The translations under genes and the position numbers were made by a program. Below, piece by piece: positions 1-11,285 of a stretch of 64,000 nt of DNA. The stretch is from Paramecium tetraurelia (lineage: Eukaryota). Location of the stretch: positions 558,001 to 622,000 of the forward strand of contig CT868096.1 in NCBI GenBank assembly GCA_000165425.1, written 5' to 3'. The notes below the pieces were generated by a model. The model searched no databases. It was given only the letters and a program-made list of their open reading frames with translations, and was not told the DNA's origin. The number at the start of each line of letters is the position of its first letter. The first letter of the stretch is position 1.

Positions 1-158
1 AAATTGTCATCATCCTCAACATGTCGAATAGCCGGGATATAATTTGTTGGTCCCATGTTATAAGTTGGGTTAAAATTGGCAACATTCCTAACCCTTCTTG
101 TTTAAGCAAATTGCAATAATTGAGCAATGTTATGAATCTGAAATATTCGTCCGCACAT
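1..158 (-). CDS. HMCES: SRAP-domain abasic-site-processing protein (HMCES/YedK family), 5' end only; runs off the window
   Basis: Code-6 translation MCGRIFQIHNIAQLLQFAQTRRVRNVANFNPTYNMGPTNYIPAIRH: diagnostic N-terminal MCGR and P-x-YN-x-x-P motif of SRAP proteins. Confidence 0.85.
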
Positions 159-264
159 TATCAGAATGTTAGTATTTTTATTAAATAATAAATAATTGCA
201 TTTCTTGCATTTGAATATTGAATTATATTTACAATACATTAGTTTTGATATTAAAAATATTAAA

Positions 265-2879
265 ATGGCATTATAACCCTGCAAAATTTTATCTATTCTC
301 TCTCCAAATCAATTTATGATCTAAACACAATAATAAAAGATTGCAATTGTAGGCGATGGAATTCCCAACTTTTTAACAAAAGATAATTTGATTGTGAAGT
401 AAAAGTCTCTCTAAAGGTTTTTGGAATAATTATCATATGTCAACAAGGATGCATTGTATTTATCTAAATCGAATCAAATCTAACTGAATGGAATTGATCT
501 CATTCAAAATATTGAGGATAGTGAAGAGATATAATTAAATCTAGTTGGTGTAAAGAATTAAGCACCCAAAGAATCTTCAGTGGTTAATGAGTTTATTAGA
601 GAAAAGAGAAGTAAGACACTTAAAGCTATTTTGGTATCTTTTGAATAGAATAGTTTAAACTTTCTTTACTAAAATGACACAATCATCTCTGTAGTACCAA
701 ATGCAATAACAATAGATGGTATCTATATTGTATACATTCAGATTTTGGAATTAAAGATCAAGAGTACACAAAATTGATATAGACTGAATGGCTAAACAAA
801 GAGTTTAATATCACTTTTAAAGGAACATCGATAATGAGTGTTCTCTAAAATGAAAATGTCATAAACATACCTGTTTTAAGAGCTGAATTACATTTCACAA
901 ACTAACCAAATATAGAATTAAGCAATGAATTTTATTCCTCTTTAGTTCAAAAAGGGTTTGCTTCTATTAGTGATTGGGGGTATTTATTTTAATAAAAACC
1001 TAGAAAATTAAACTTATCTCAAAACTCATTCTAGTTATTGTATTAGTGTTAAGAAGAAGCCAAACGATAAAATTTAGGAATGTGGAAAGCTGGAGAATTA
1101 GATAGGGGTATGCTAAACTCTGTCACTTCTTAATTATAAGGATAAGTAGTTGAAATTATTGAGGCAAATTAATTCTATATAAAAACTAATACAGAAAAGT
1201 TGAATATAAAGTTAGATAGGATTTTCATTGAAGGCTAAGAAGCAAAAGAATTTACAAGGAAATTATTGATTGGAAAATAAGTGTATGTTTTATAGGTTGG
1301 CGACAACACTCCTTTGTATTCTATTCAATTAATTGAAAACAATCTTGATATAGAGGAAGAACTTATTTCGAATGGATGGGCTACACCAAAAGAGAGCTAT
1401 CCTGGCCTATCCAAATTCAAATATTAATAATTTATATAAATTAATTAGATTGCAAAATAGAAAAAACTAGGATAATATAGTCAAGAATTAACTTGGAGAG
1501 TTGAAGATTAAACAGACTCCAAATCAGGAAAGTGTGTAAATGAAATAATTTGGTCAAACATTTAGAGAGACAAGTAAAGTGCCAAATAATCTGGAGTGAG
1601 CACTGGGATTAGTATAAAGGAGGATTATTTATTAGAAGTTTTGATCGATAAAATTCACCTCAATGGATCGTTATAAATGACTATCATTAAATATCATTCT
1701 ATGGTCAACTTTTAAATAAATGGAATTACTAATTTACATGAATTTGAAACAAGTTTTCCATCAATAGCCAAATATCAAGAACAAAGGTATAATTATACAT
1801 ACAATCTATTGATGTAAAGAAATGTTTGGGTGTATTTTGAACATTTCAACATTTAAGAAAACCATTTTTATGGTAGAATTTATCTCAAGAAGAATAACAA
1901 AGACAGTGATTTTACTATAAATTTATTATCAGAAGGATTAACATTTATAAAAAGCAATACAGATTATTATGATAGGTATGAGGAAGCCTAAAAATAAGCA
2001 GAAGAAGATAAAAAAGGATTTTGGGTTGAATCATACGCTCAATTCATTTTGGATTTTATCCACAATAAGTAGTCATTGAAAAAGTAAGTAAATGCAATAG
2101 AAAACATTTAGGAACACGATAATTAGTTAATAGAGTAAGTGATTGTTACTGTGGTTAATGATTCTAATGAATTTTATATCAGAAGACAAAACAATCCTGA
2201 ATTTGAAGAATTAGAAATTTAAATTGAAAATGCAGAGTTAATTGTAACTATATCTTTTAATATCTCTATTATAGCCTTTAAAAAAGCCAGTTAAAAAAGG
2301 AACACTTTGTTTGGCTAGATTTTCAGAAGACAACAGAGTCTATAGAGCCTAAGTCATCTAAGCATTCAAGAATGATAGATTTTTGGTTAAATTCATTGAT
2401 TATGGTAATAATGATGAAGTTGGATACCAGGAAATGGGAGCGCTTCCCTCTTAATTTACTAGTATCCCTTAATAAACAAGGATGTGTTCTTTGGCATATT
2501 TAAGATTTCCACCTCAAACGCATGAATTTTCAGAAGAAGCTGCTGATATTTTGAGAGAATTGATATTAGAACAGTCGTTTGATTGCAAAGTTAAATACAC
2601 TGAAAAAAGTGCAAATAGGCATTTTGTAACATTATAACATTAAGGGCAATTGGATGAATTATAGTTTACAATTAATAAAATTGCACTAGATAGAGGGTAA
2701 TAAATAGTGCTTATGATTTCAGTTTAGGGCGTATCGATCATAGACAACCTTATAATCCATTGAAACAATTCTAAAATTGTGAGTTAGATGCCAAAGCCAA
2801 TGGGATTGGTATTTGGGGATTTGATGATTGTTTGGAGGATGAAAAGTAATTTGAAGATGAGTATGACTTCTATTAGTGA
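265..2879 (+). CDS. SND1: Tudor staphylococcal nuclease (Tudor-SN) homolog
   Basis: Repeated SN-domain ends (EEAKRQNLGMW, EEAQKQAEEDKKGFW, ELDAKANGIGIWG) and a Tudor domain (GTLCLARFSEDNRVYRA...VKFIDYGNND...CSLAYL); tiny introns near 2244 and 2698. Confidence 0.9.
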
Positions 2880-2891
2880 TTTTATGTATAT

Positions 2892-3269
2892 TCATTATTA
2901 TTTGGTAAAATCTATATGTAAATTATCTCTACAATTATCAAATGGTATTTTGGATGTTTGGCAGTCTTTAAGGATATTCTTTACGCAATTTTTAAAATAC
3001 ATATTTCTAAGATGTAATCAAAGCTTATACTTTTTGTGATCTGTTTCTCCATCTTCTGGAATTTCTTCATAAGTGTTAAGGAAACATAAGGATGATACGC
3101 ACCAATTAATGCAATTGTCATTAAATCCCTTTGGTAAATGCAAACATTGTTAATTTTCACAAATCTTCTCTAATTTGCTTATGAATTTATCAGATAAAGA
3201 TTCGCCTTTCTGAAAAGCGTGTATAAAAAGTGTAATTAATATCAAAGTTTGCAGGCGTGATTAAATCAT
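2892..3269 (-). CDS. Small secreted Cys-rich protein, DUF4787-like
   Basis: MIQSRLQTLILITLFIHA signal-like start, then CENQQC...NCINWCVSSLCFLNTYEEIPEDGETD..F.NC; one 24-nt intron. Confidence 0.65.
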
Positions 3270-3284
3270 TAAATAATTATAGGT

Positions 3285-4449
3285 ATGGATTAATAATAGG
3301 AAATCCCTGCTGTTAAATCAACTAATTGGTAAATAAGCATTTTGATGATGCATTGCAAAAATTCATAGAGGAACTCAAGATTCCTAGTCAATCAAGGTTG
3401 TTTGACCCAGAATACTTGACAAATGGATTGTTGTTAAAAACATCATAAGAATTCAGAGATTATGTTTAGCAGCAAATTTAAAGAGTTTAAACTATATATT
3501 AATAATAATTAGACGCTAAAGTAGAGCTTCTATAAGATGAGGGATATTGCCCATTCTTATTTGTTGAAGTAGATGGATCCAAGGGTTAAACTGATGGTAC
3601 AGTCTTATTCTTCTGTCATATGGATAAACAGCCACCATTCAATGGTTGGAAAGAGGGCTTGAGTGCCTACGAACCAAATATAGTGGATGATAAATTATAT
3701 GCAAGAGGAGGGAGGAGCAGATGATCATTATTCAATCCTTGGAGCTGTAATAGCAGTGAAGACAATCTAGGAATTGGGTTTGAAGCATCCAATGATTGTT
3801 ATGACATTCGAAGCAGAGGAAGAAAGTGGATTTGTACACGTTGATCATTACTTGGCAAAATTAAAAGAAAAATAGGAGCAGTTGATTTGGCTATATGTCT
3901 AAATTCTGGATGTGGCAACTATGAATAATTATGGATTACTACAAGTTTGAGAGTTATGGTAGGTGCATGTGTCACTGTTAAGTCCTAGATGAAAGAGTGC
4001 ATTCAGGTGATGCCTCAGGTGTCGTACCATCATCTTTTAGAATTTAAAGACTCCTTTTAGATCGAATTGATAATCCTAATACTGGAGAAGTTGTTGAAGA
4101 CTTCCAAGTCAATATTCCAAGAGAAGATATTTACAAGCTTAAAAGGCAGCTGAAGTATTAGGTATGACTCAGGATTTAATGCCCCATAAAATTAACCATA
4201 TCTGGATTAACTCATCTAAAGTGCTTCCTAATTGTTCTACAAGAAAAATGCATAAACCTTAGTTCGATTCCCCTTATGAATACACTTAAATAATAATATC
4301 CAAAAGCTTAATTTATAGTAACTGGAATTTTGGGACCAAATTCCAATGCACATGGACTAAATGAATTCTTACACATTCCTTTCACAAAATCCTTGATTAG
4401 TTGCATAAGAAATTTTGTAACTAGGCTTCAAATCCATTTAAAGAAATGA
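3285..4449 (+). pseudogene. M20 family metallopeptidase pseudogene
   Basis: Motifs HMDKQPP, KLYARG/GADDHYS, EEESG, VHSGDASGVVPSSFR, SIP and NAHGLNE, broken by a 4-nt GGAG duplication (~3710), further frameshifts (~3870, ~3980) and internal deletions (~4165, ~4262). Confidence 0.85.
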
Positions 4450-4620
4450 ACAATTATTTAAACCATATTATATTTAGATGTGTATTGAGCTATATAGTTT
4501 TTGGGTTATGAGACTAATTATTTAATTAGATGTTCAAGTAAAGATACAAAAACTATTATTTCTTATTGTTTTATAAAACAAATATATATATAAAATTATT
4601 AATATATATCGAAAAAGTAC

Positions 4621-5125
4621 ATGGCAACTTGGAGAGCATTATTATCACCCAATAAAAATATATCTTTTTCAGTTTCTCATAAAGAGTCTTTGGATAATAG
4701 AATAGTCACATAAATCAAAGCGAGACATGCAAAAACAATTACCTAAAGCACGAATCTAACCTAAAACAAACCAACAATAAGGAGAGAGCATTCTGAATCC
4801 ATTGATGGCGATTAAGCATTTATTTAATCTTCTTCCAAAGACTTTTTTGCAGTAAGAATTATTATAATATTTTAAGAATTTTAATGTAAATAAGGACAAG
4901 ACTTAATTGACTGAAATCAAGCAAGTCTTAATGTAAAATTCGATGAATTTAAAATAATTGCATAAGAACATCGATAAATTTGATTATAATTAAAGACAAA
5001 TTTAAGCATTATAAAAATAAATACTTCATTAAAGAAGTAAGTACAGTTTATCTATAAACACAAAAATAAATCAATGCCAAAAAAAAATATAAGATATCTA
5101 ATTATTACTTTTGAGTAAAAAGTGA
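4621..5125 (+). CDS. Hypothetical protein with C-terminal coiled coil
   Basis: Open in code 6 (MATWRALLSPNKN...) with one 25-nt intron at ~4852. Confidence 0.55.
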
Positions 5126-5162
5126 ATTAATATTATGAAATATAAATATAATAATATAACCT

Positions 5163-5579
5163 ATGGGTGCTGTCTGTTGTACAGAGTTGTTTTAAAGAGG
5201 AGGTGAATTAGATCTGAAAATGGTTAAGTCAGAGGAGAATAATTAATAAATTCAAAATGGAACTCCTACTATATCAAAAGAGTTATATACTAGTAAGGAT
5301 AAATTATAAGGATAAATGGGAATTTGTTATTCATGTCAAGTGTTGAAAATTCATTGTGAATGCAAATCTGTATAAAAATTACTTGGGGATATGGATGATG
5401 AGCAAATATACATACATTCGTCTCGATCACTGGATAGCTCATCCTCGGAATCTCGTCCAGACGATACGAATACTAAAAAAACGATTTTAAAGCATCAATT
5501 ACATTATATGTCAAATACGTAATAATAGCAAATTCAAATAAAAAAGAAGGTTAGATTCGATTTAACTAAGAAATAGTGA
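5163..5579 (+). CDS. 138-aa protein with N-acylation motif (MGAVCC) and C-terminal ILK...KVRF motif
   Basis: Intronless code-6 ORF MGAVCCTELF...KKTILKH...IKKKVRFDLTKKQ*. Confidence 0.75.
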
Positions 5580-5625
5580 TGTTAACTAACTAATATTTTT
5601 TGTTTTACTTAATATAAGTATACAC

Positions 5626-6419
5626 TCATTCTGCTTTCTTTTTTTCCTTATTATCTGCTACTTCCTTAGAAGAACTTACCTCTTCTTCTAAATTTTCTTC
5701 CTCTTCTTTAGGTGACGATTTATTGTCGTCTTGCTCCTTTGATTTCACTTTGGTCTTCTCTTTTTTTTAGTTCTTCTTTTTTTCTGGAATGCAGCAAACT
5801 AAAAATCTAAGAAATTACATACTTATATATGAAAGTAAAATACCCACCAAAGCAAATGATGAGAGAATTATCAATTCTGTCACTTCGAAAATAGACATGT
5901 CAGGCAATTCTTATTATTTACCTTTATTACGCTGTCTCTTTCTTCCCGAATCTTATTGATCATTTCCATCATCCCCCCCTTCATTATCTCTTTTCTATTG
6001 ATTAGCCATTTCATCAATGGATTTAATTATTTTGAGAATTTCATTCTTTTTTGCACTCTTCTTTTTTGATCCGTACTTCTTTATATCAGCCTTTTCAACC
6101 AAATGTTAATGTGCCTCCAAATTTATTTTTTATGATTGCAATTATTGAATAATCTATTGAATATCGTAATCCTTACCTCCATTGTTTCCTAAGTAGAGAT
6201 GCTATCTAAACAGGATTCAACCAAGGATGCAATAGCAGAGTTAACTGCTTCTTCTTTTGATAATTATTATAAGTGAACCATTTCTCCAATTGCTCTTCCA
6301 GCTAACTCTTAATTAGATTGCAAGTAATATCTCGAAAATATAACACAAGCTGCATTTGTCAGTTATTTTTCATCCTGAATTTGAGCATAAGCAAATGCCA
6401 ACACTATCAATATTAACAT
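5626..6419 (-). CDS. Hypothetical type-I membrane protein
   Basis: Signal peptide MLILIVLAFAYA, lumenal helical region with two Cys, TM segment LIILSSFALVGILLSYI followed by CC, charged tail; tiny introns. Confidence 0.7.
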
Positions 6420-6876
6420 TAATTAATAATTAATATAGAAAAAATAATAATTAAATTTGAGTTTATCTCTTAAATTGATGTTTCCCCTACCTTTAGAGAA
6501 AAAGAAACACTTAATATAAGTAACCGTAAAGATATCAAAATTTAATAATAAATTTTAATTTAATACTAACATTATCTTTCAAAATTAATCGTTTAAAAAT
6601 TACATATATAAAATTCTATATTATATAAATTCTATATTATGACTATTATAGGAGGCTAAGGATAGTTTTTAAATTTACACAATTACAAAAAGTGCAACAA
6701 ATATGGCAAACACAAGTTCTATCTGAGAGTCTATTAACAGACCAAGTCTACCTAAATTTGAATGACAATTTCGCTTGAGAAAGTATATTAAGATTAAATA
6801 TCTTCTAGTTATTTGAGTCAGACAATTCTTTAAAATTTCATAATTTGTTTAAAAATGTCAATAATATAATATGCAA

Positions 6877-9606
6877 TCATCTTCTGTTAATTAACCTGAA
6901 CTTCATTATTTTATAAACTACATTTTAATTAAAAGTATAAAGGTAGGCGTTTATATCTGTTTTAGAAAATAGCTGAGAACCTCTTTTTTTCCTTAAATTC
7001 TCATAATTTCTTATAATGCTGTCTGCATTATCATGTTTTTTATAATATTGATAAAAACAAATTTTATCAATATCATTCTAATGAAATTGTAGCTCCAGTT
7101 AAAATTCATCTAAGAAACATTATTAATCAAAGCCCATCTAACCTGCTATTTCATGAATTGAGCAATTAACTGGAGTATCCCTTGATTAACTAACTAGTCC
7201 AATGGTTGGCTTATTTTTATACTCCACCTTTTTAGAAAATATTGTCTTTGCATTAGATTTCCTTCTTTCTGCATCTGTTCGCATGATAACCTCCTATAAA
7301 TTAATTATTTAATCTTCTTAATTGACATTAGAATCTTTGATGAGGAATTTAGGTTGGATAGTAAATTTTTTTTTCGTAGTTTATTTGCTAATTTACAAAA
7401 TATCTGGAGTATCAATTTTTACAGAAGAGCCATCAATTTATTCGTTAGCATAACTTTATTATTAATAAGATTTAATTGATCCTTATATGTCCTTATGCAT
7501 GATTCTAACATTTAGTTTTTAATTAAGCCTTTCAAAATTCGTATCTCTTTCTTAATATGAATGATATAAAGATTTTTTGATTCGTTGTTCTAAATTAGGT
7601 TTGTAGGTTAACAATGGACACTCAATTGTTAGATGGTTAAACTACTTACAAACTTTGCAATTTTTTAATAAGATTGAGAATGAATTATTAAAAACAATAG
7701 TATCCTTAATATTATGGAATTTTTCAAAATCCTTCTAATTATACCTAATTAAATTGATAAATTCAGATCTTTTAATTTAATATAAGGAGCAAAATCCAAC
7801 ACTTAAAGCTGAAAATTTAGGCTATAAACCAGTAAAAAATTGGTATTCACCAAAAGTTTCCCCCTTTTTAAAAGTTGCTAATACTTTTTTACTGTTCTCT
7901 TCTATCAAATCAATTTCTCCTTCATCAATATAATATCTAATTAAATAAGTTTTAATTACAAACATTAATCTTAGGTTTCACCTTTATGAAATACATAATC
8001 ATTTGGGGTTATTTTAACGATTTTTAATTCATCCTTAAGATTTTTCAGGGATTGCTTTGAAAATTGTTGATTTAATATTTTAATACTGGAAACAATTTTT
8101 GTTTGTAAATCTCTATTCAACTCTGATTTTAATCCATTTGGTAAATCATTGATTATTTATTATACATATTCACTATTTTCTTGAAATTCCTTATCAATTT
8201 GATATTTGATATAATTTCTAACTCTTGATTATATTGTTTCATCCAATTAGTATTTCCTCATATAATTGTTAATTACAATTAAAGATTTTCTAATAAAATA
8301 AAAATTTAGGTACGTTTATTTTTATTTTTAATCATTATAAGATTTTAATATAATGCCAATAGAGTTTAGAGAATATGCGTACATTACACTTGAGATTAGC
8401 ATCATAATATTTACAAAAGCCATCTCAACGTAATTTTAAGGTACGATATCTCCATATCCAACTGTTACCATTGTCATTGAAGCCCAATAAAATGACTAAT
8501 TGTATCTTATATAAAATCCTTCGTCTAACAGATTACGTTTAATTAACCATGTTGTGCCTATAGAGTCTGTGTTCACTCCTATATAGTGCCAAATGCATGC
8601 CATGTAATGGGCAAAATAATAGATTAATATTATTAAACTTATTATGTCTTTGACATTACTTGCTATTTCCTTAAGGTATAATTATTCAGTATATTTTTAG
8701 AAATTATTTGATATTTAAATAATTAGGATTGCAATTTACAAAATAAATATGAATTCTCTGGCAACGTTTATTTAATAAAATTGATTATAGCATAATATCC
8801 ATAAAATAATGCTACTAATATTTTTATAGATATGATTGATAATATATGTTTTTAATATTGTTCTCCTCTCTTCAATTATTTCCCCCTAATCAATTATTGC
8901 TCTATTTAAATTGATTGGTATATCAAAACACAAAAATAAGATGATTATTATTTCAAAGCTCTCGAATATTGATGAGTTTTCATTAAAAGCAAATAAAATA
9001 GGACATAACCATAAGCTAAATAGGTTAATAATAAGAGATAATTTATCCCAAATTATAATAGTTTTGTCACCTGGAAGAAAAAGTAACCTATTTGAGCTTT
9101 AACTATTAATTTCTAAAATTTATAAAATAAAATTACTTCTCTTTTTTTTAGATGCATCTTCTAATAAATACTACTCAGATTATAAGAGGTGTTTCATACT
9201 GGATGATAGTACATATGATTGTTATAATAGATTATTCTTAAACTTTTAAACTAAAGTATTCATAAAAAAGTTCTTTAACAATGTTGATTTTTCCTATCTC
9301 TTTATTGACACACTGTCAGTCTTTTGATGGTTTTTCTAATTAAATTAAATTACTAATTACTGTTTGATTTGGCAATCTACGACTAAAGCTTTTTGAGCCT
9401 TTATTAAGAAAACCAGCCTTTAGTAAATCAAATTATTAAGTCTTACTCTCATTTGCATTATTTTATGATATCTCAGATGGTGAAGACACATCAATTTCTT
9501 AACCTTTTTAGTAAGCCTCAAGTTGGAGATAATTCATTTCTAATGAAGGTCCCAAAATAGGTGATGAAATGTGCCCTCTATCACTGTTAATAATTTACAT
9601 TGACAT
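6877..9606 (-). CDS. Cyclic-nucleotide-binding-domain K+ channel (EAG/HCN-like, ciliate-expanded family), copy 1
   Basis: S5 AHYMACIWHYIG, pore SFYWASMTMVTVGYGDIVP, CNBD with FGEYQFFTG, then CCHC motif. Confidence 0.92.
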
Positions 9607-10048
9607 CTTTTAGAATTTGTAAAATTTAATTTTAGAATAATGAGTAAATATAAGTATATTTGAATCGTAAATATAAATTACACCCACAATCTATTTAATA
9701 TAAGAATTATCCTTCTATAAAAGTAATTTTTAATCAATAGTAAAATAAGTAAATAAAAGCTCTCAAAGAAAACAAAAAAATAAATCTATTTTTAAATCAC
9801 AAAGAGAAGCTAATTTAAAGAGAATAGACAATTTGTAGAACAATATTGAGATGAAACCTATTAATTTGGGGTGTTTCCAAAAGGTTATTTCCATTAATTA
9901 TATTTATTTATTATGGAAAGATATAAAAATACAATAATTTAGTATTTGAGTATAAGGATATTAATAAAAATTAGTCAAAATCGATTTGTTTTCATTTAAT
10001 AAAATAATTAATATAAATTATTATTTATTTGTAAAATTAATATAGAAA

Positions 10049-10273
10049 ATGGGATTATGCTCATCTAAGAAATTAGAGTCTAAACGAAATATTATTGTCA
10101 GATTAGAGGATCATGTCAAAAAGATAGATTAAAATAATGTTCACGATCAAGCTTTATTAATTTTATATAATAGCAGAAACTAAAGAGCATCACATTTGAA
10201 TGAACCTATAATGAGTGGATTTAGTAAACAATTTCAAAAAACATAAGAGCCTTCTCAAAAAAGCTCTGCTTGA
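10049..10273 (+). CDS. 74-aa microprotein with MGLCSS N-acylation motif
   Basis: Intronless ORF MGLCSSKKLESKRNIIVRLEDH...QKSSA*. Confidence 0.6.
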
Positions 10274-10391
10274 AATTCTTTTGAGGAGGTGATTTAAATG
10301 TGATTTGTAATTAATATTTTATGAAATGAAAATAGATAATATAATTTAGTAATAATTATAACAATATATAAGTATATCATCACAATTCGAA

Positions 10392-11241
10392 ATGAAAAGG
10401 CTAATATAGAGTACTGACTTTAATGTGGCAATTCCTATAAATAGCACAAAACATGCAATTAATGATGGTTTGTTAGTTTATATAATAATTGATAGATTAC
10501 TACATGTTCCAAAAATATAAATGCTCCTCGCCAGCAATTTTAGGGGATGTCCTTCGTTGTAACACACCAGTCTAATCCTAACTATCACCTAACGAAAACT
10601 AATAAAAAAGTTGCTTTTCACTTTTATCAGACAACTTTGATTTTTCTGTTAAAGATGTATCTCGAAAATATAATAACGGATCTCGATAATTAAGCATTTA
10701 AAAAGAAAATGAAGAAGAAACAGTTAAAATTTAGAGAATAATTCAGCAGGAATAAATTATTCTTGAAGAATAGGAGATTTTAAATAAAAAATTACAAAAC
10801 ATCAGATCGGATACTAACCAAAAATTAGAGGAACTTGATAAATGTATATCAAACTAATTTATTTTAGAATATCTTCAAAGGAGGTCAGAGATCATCAAAT
10901 AACTATAATTCTCTATTGGCTAATATAGTAGCAATATAAGAGATAGTTAAACTAAAGAGCCACCTTTAAAAAGCGCTCTAAAGAAAAAAGAAAATAAAAG
11001 ACAACACACATAAGATAAATATTAAAATGAATTAAATGATGAAGATTCTTAAGATGACTGGAACTTTATACATCAAGCTAAAATAAACCTTGAAAAATAA
11101 AGGACATATTAAAACACTGACGATGAACGAACTCCCTCTAAGGTTCGATTTGTTAGTACTAAAGACGCTAATTAGTAAAAGAAAATGCGAAAAAGCATCA
11201 ATATATCTGATTTAAACATGTTTTAAAAATTTAGGCATTGA
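10392..11241 (+). CDS. Hypothetical protein with coiled coil and SALK...KVRF motifs
   Basis: Code-6 ORF with one intron (~10468-10495); C-terminal KSALKKK and PSKVRFV. Confidence 0.65.
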
Positions 11242-11285
11242 CACAGTTAAAATTCTATTTATAAATACAAATTTGAACACTTTCA

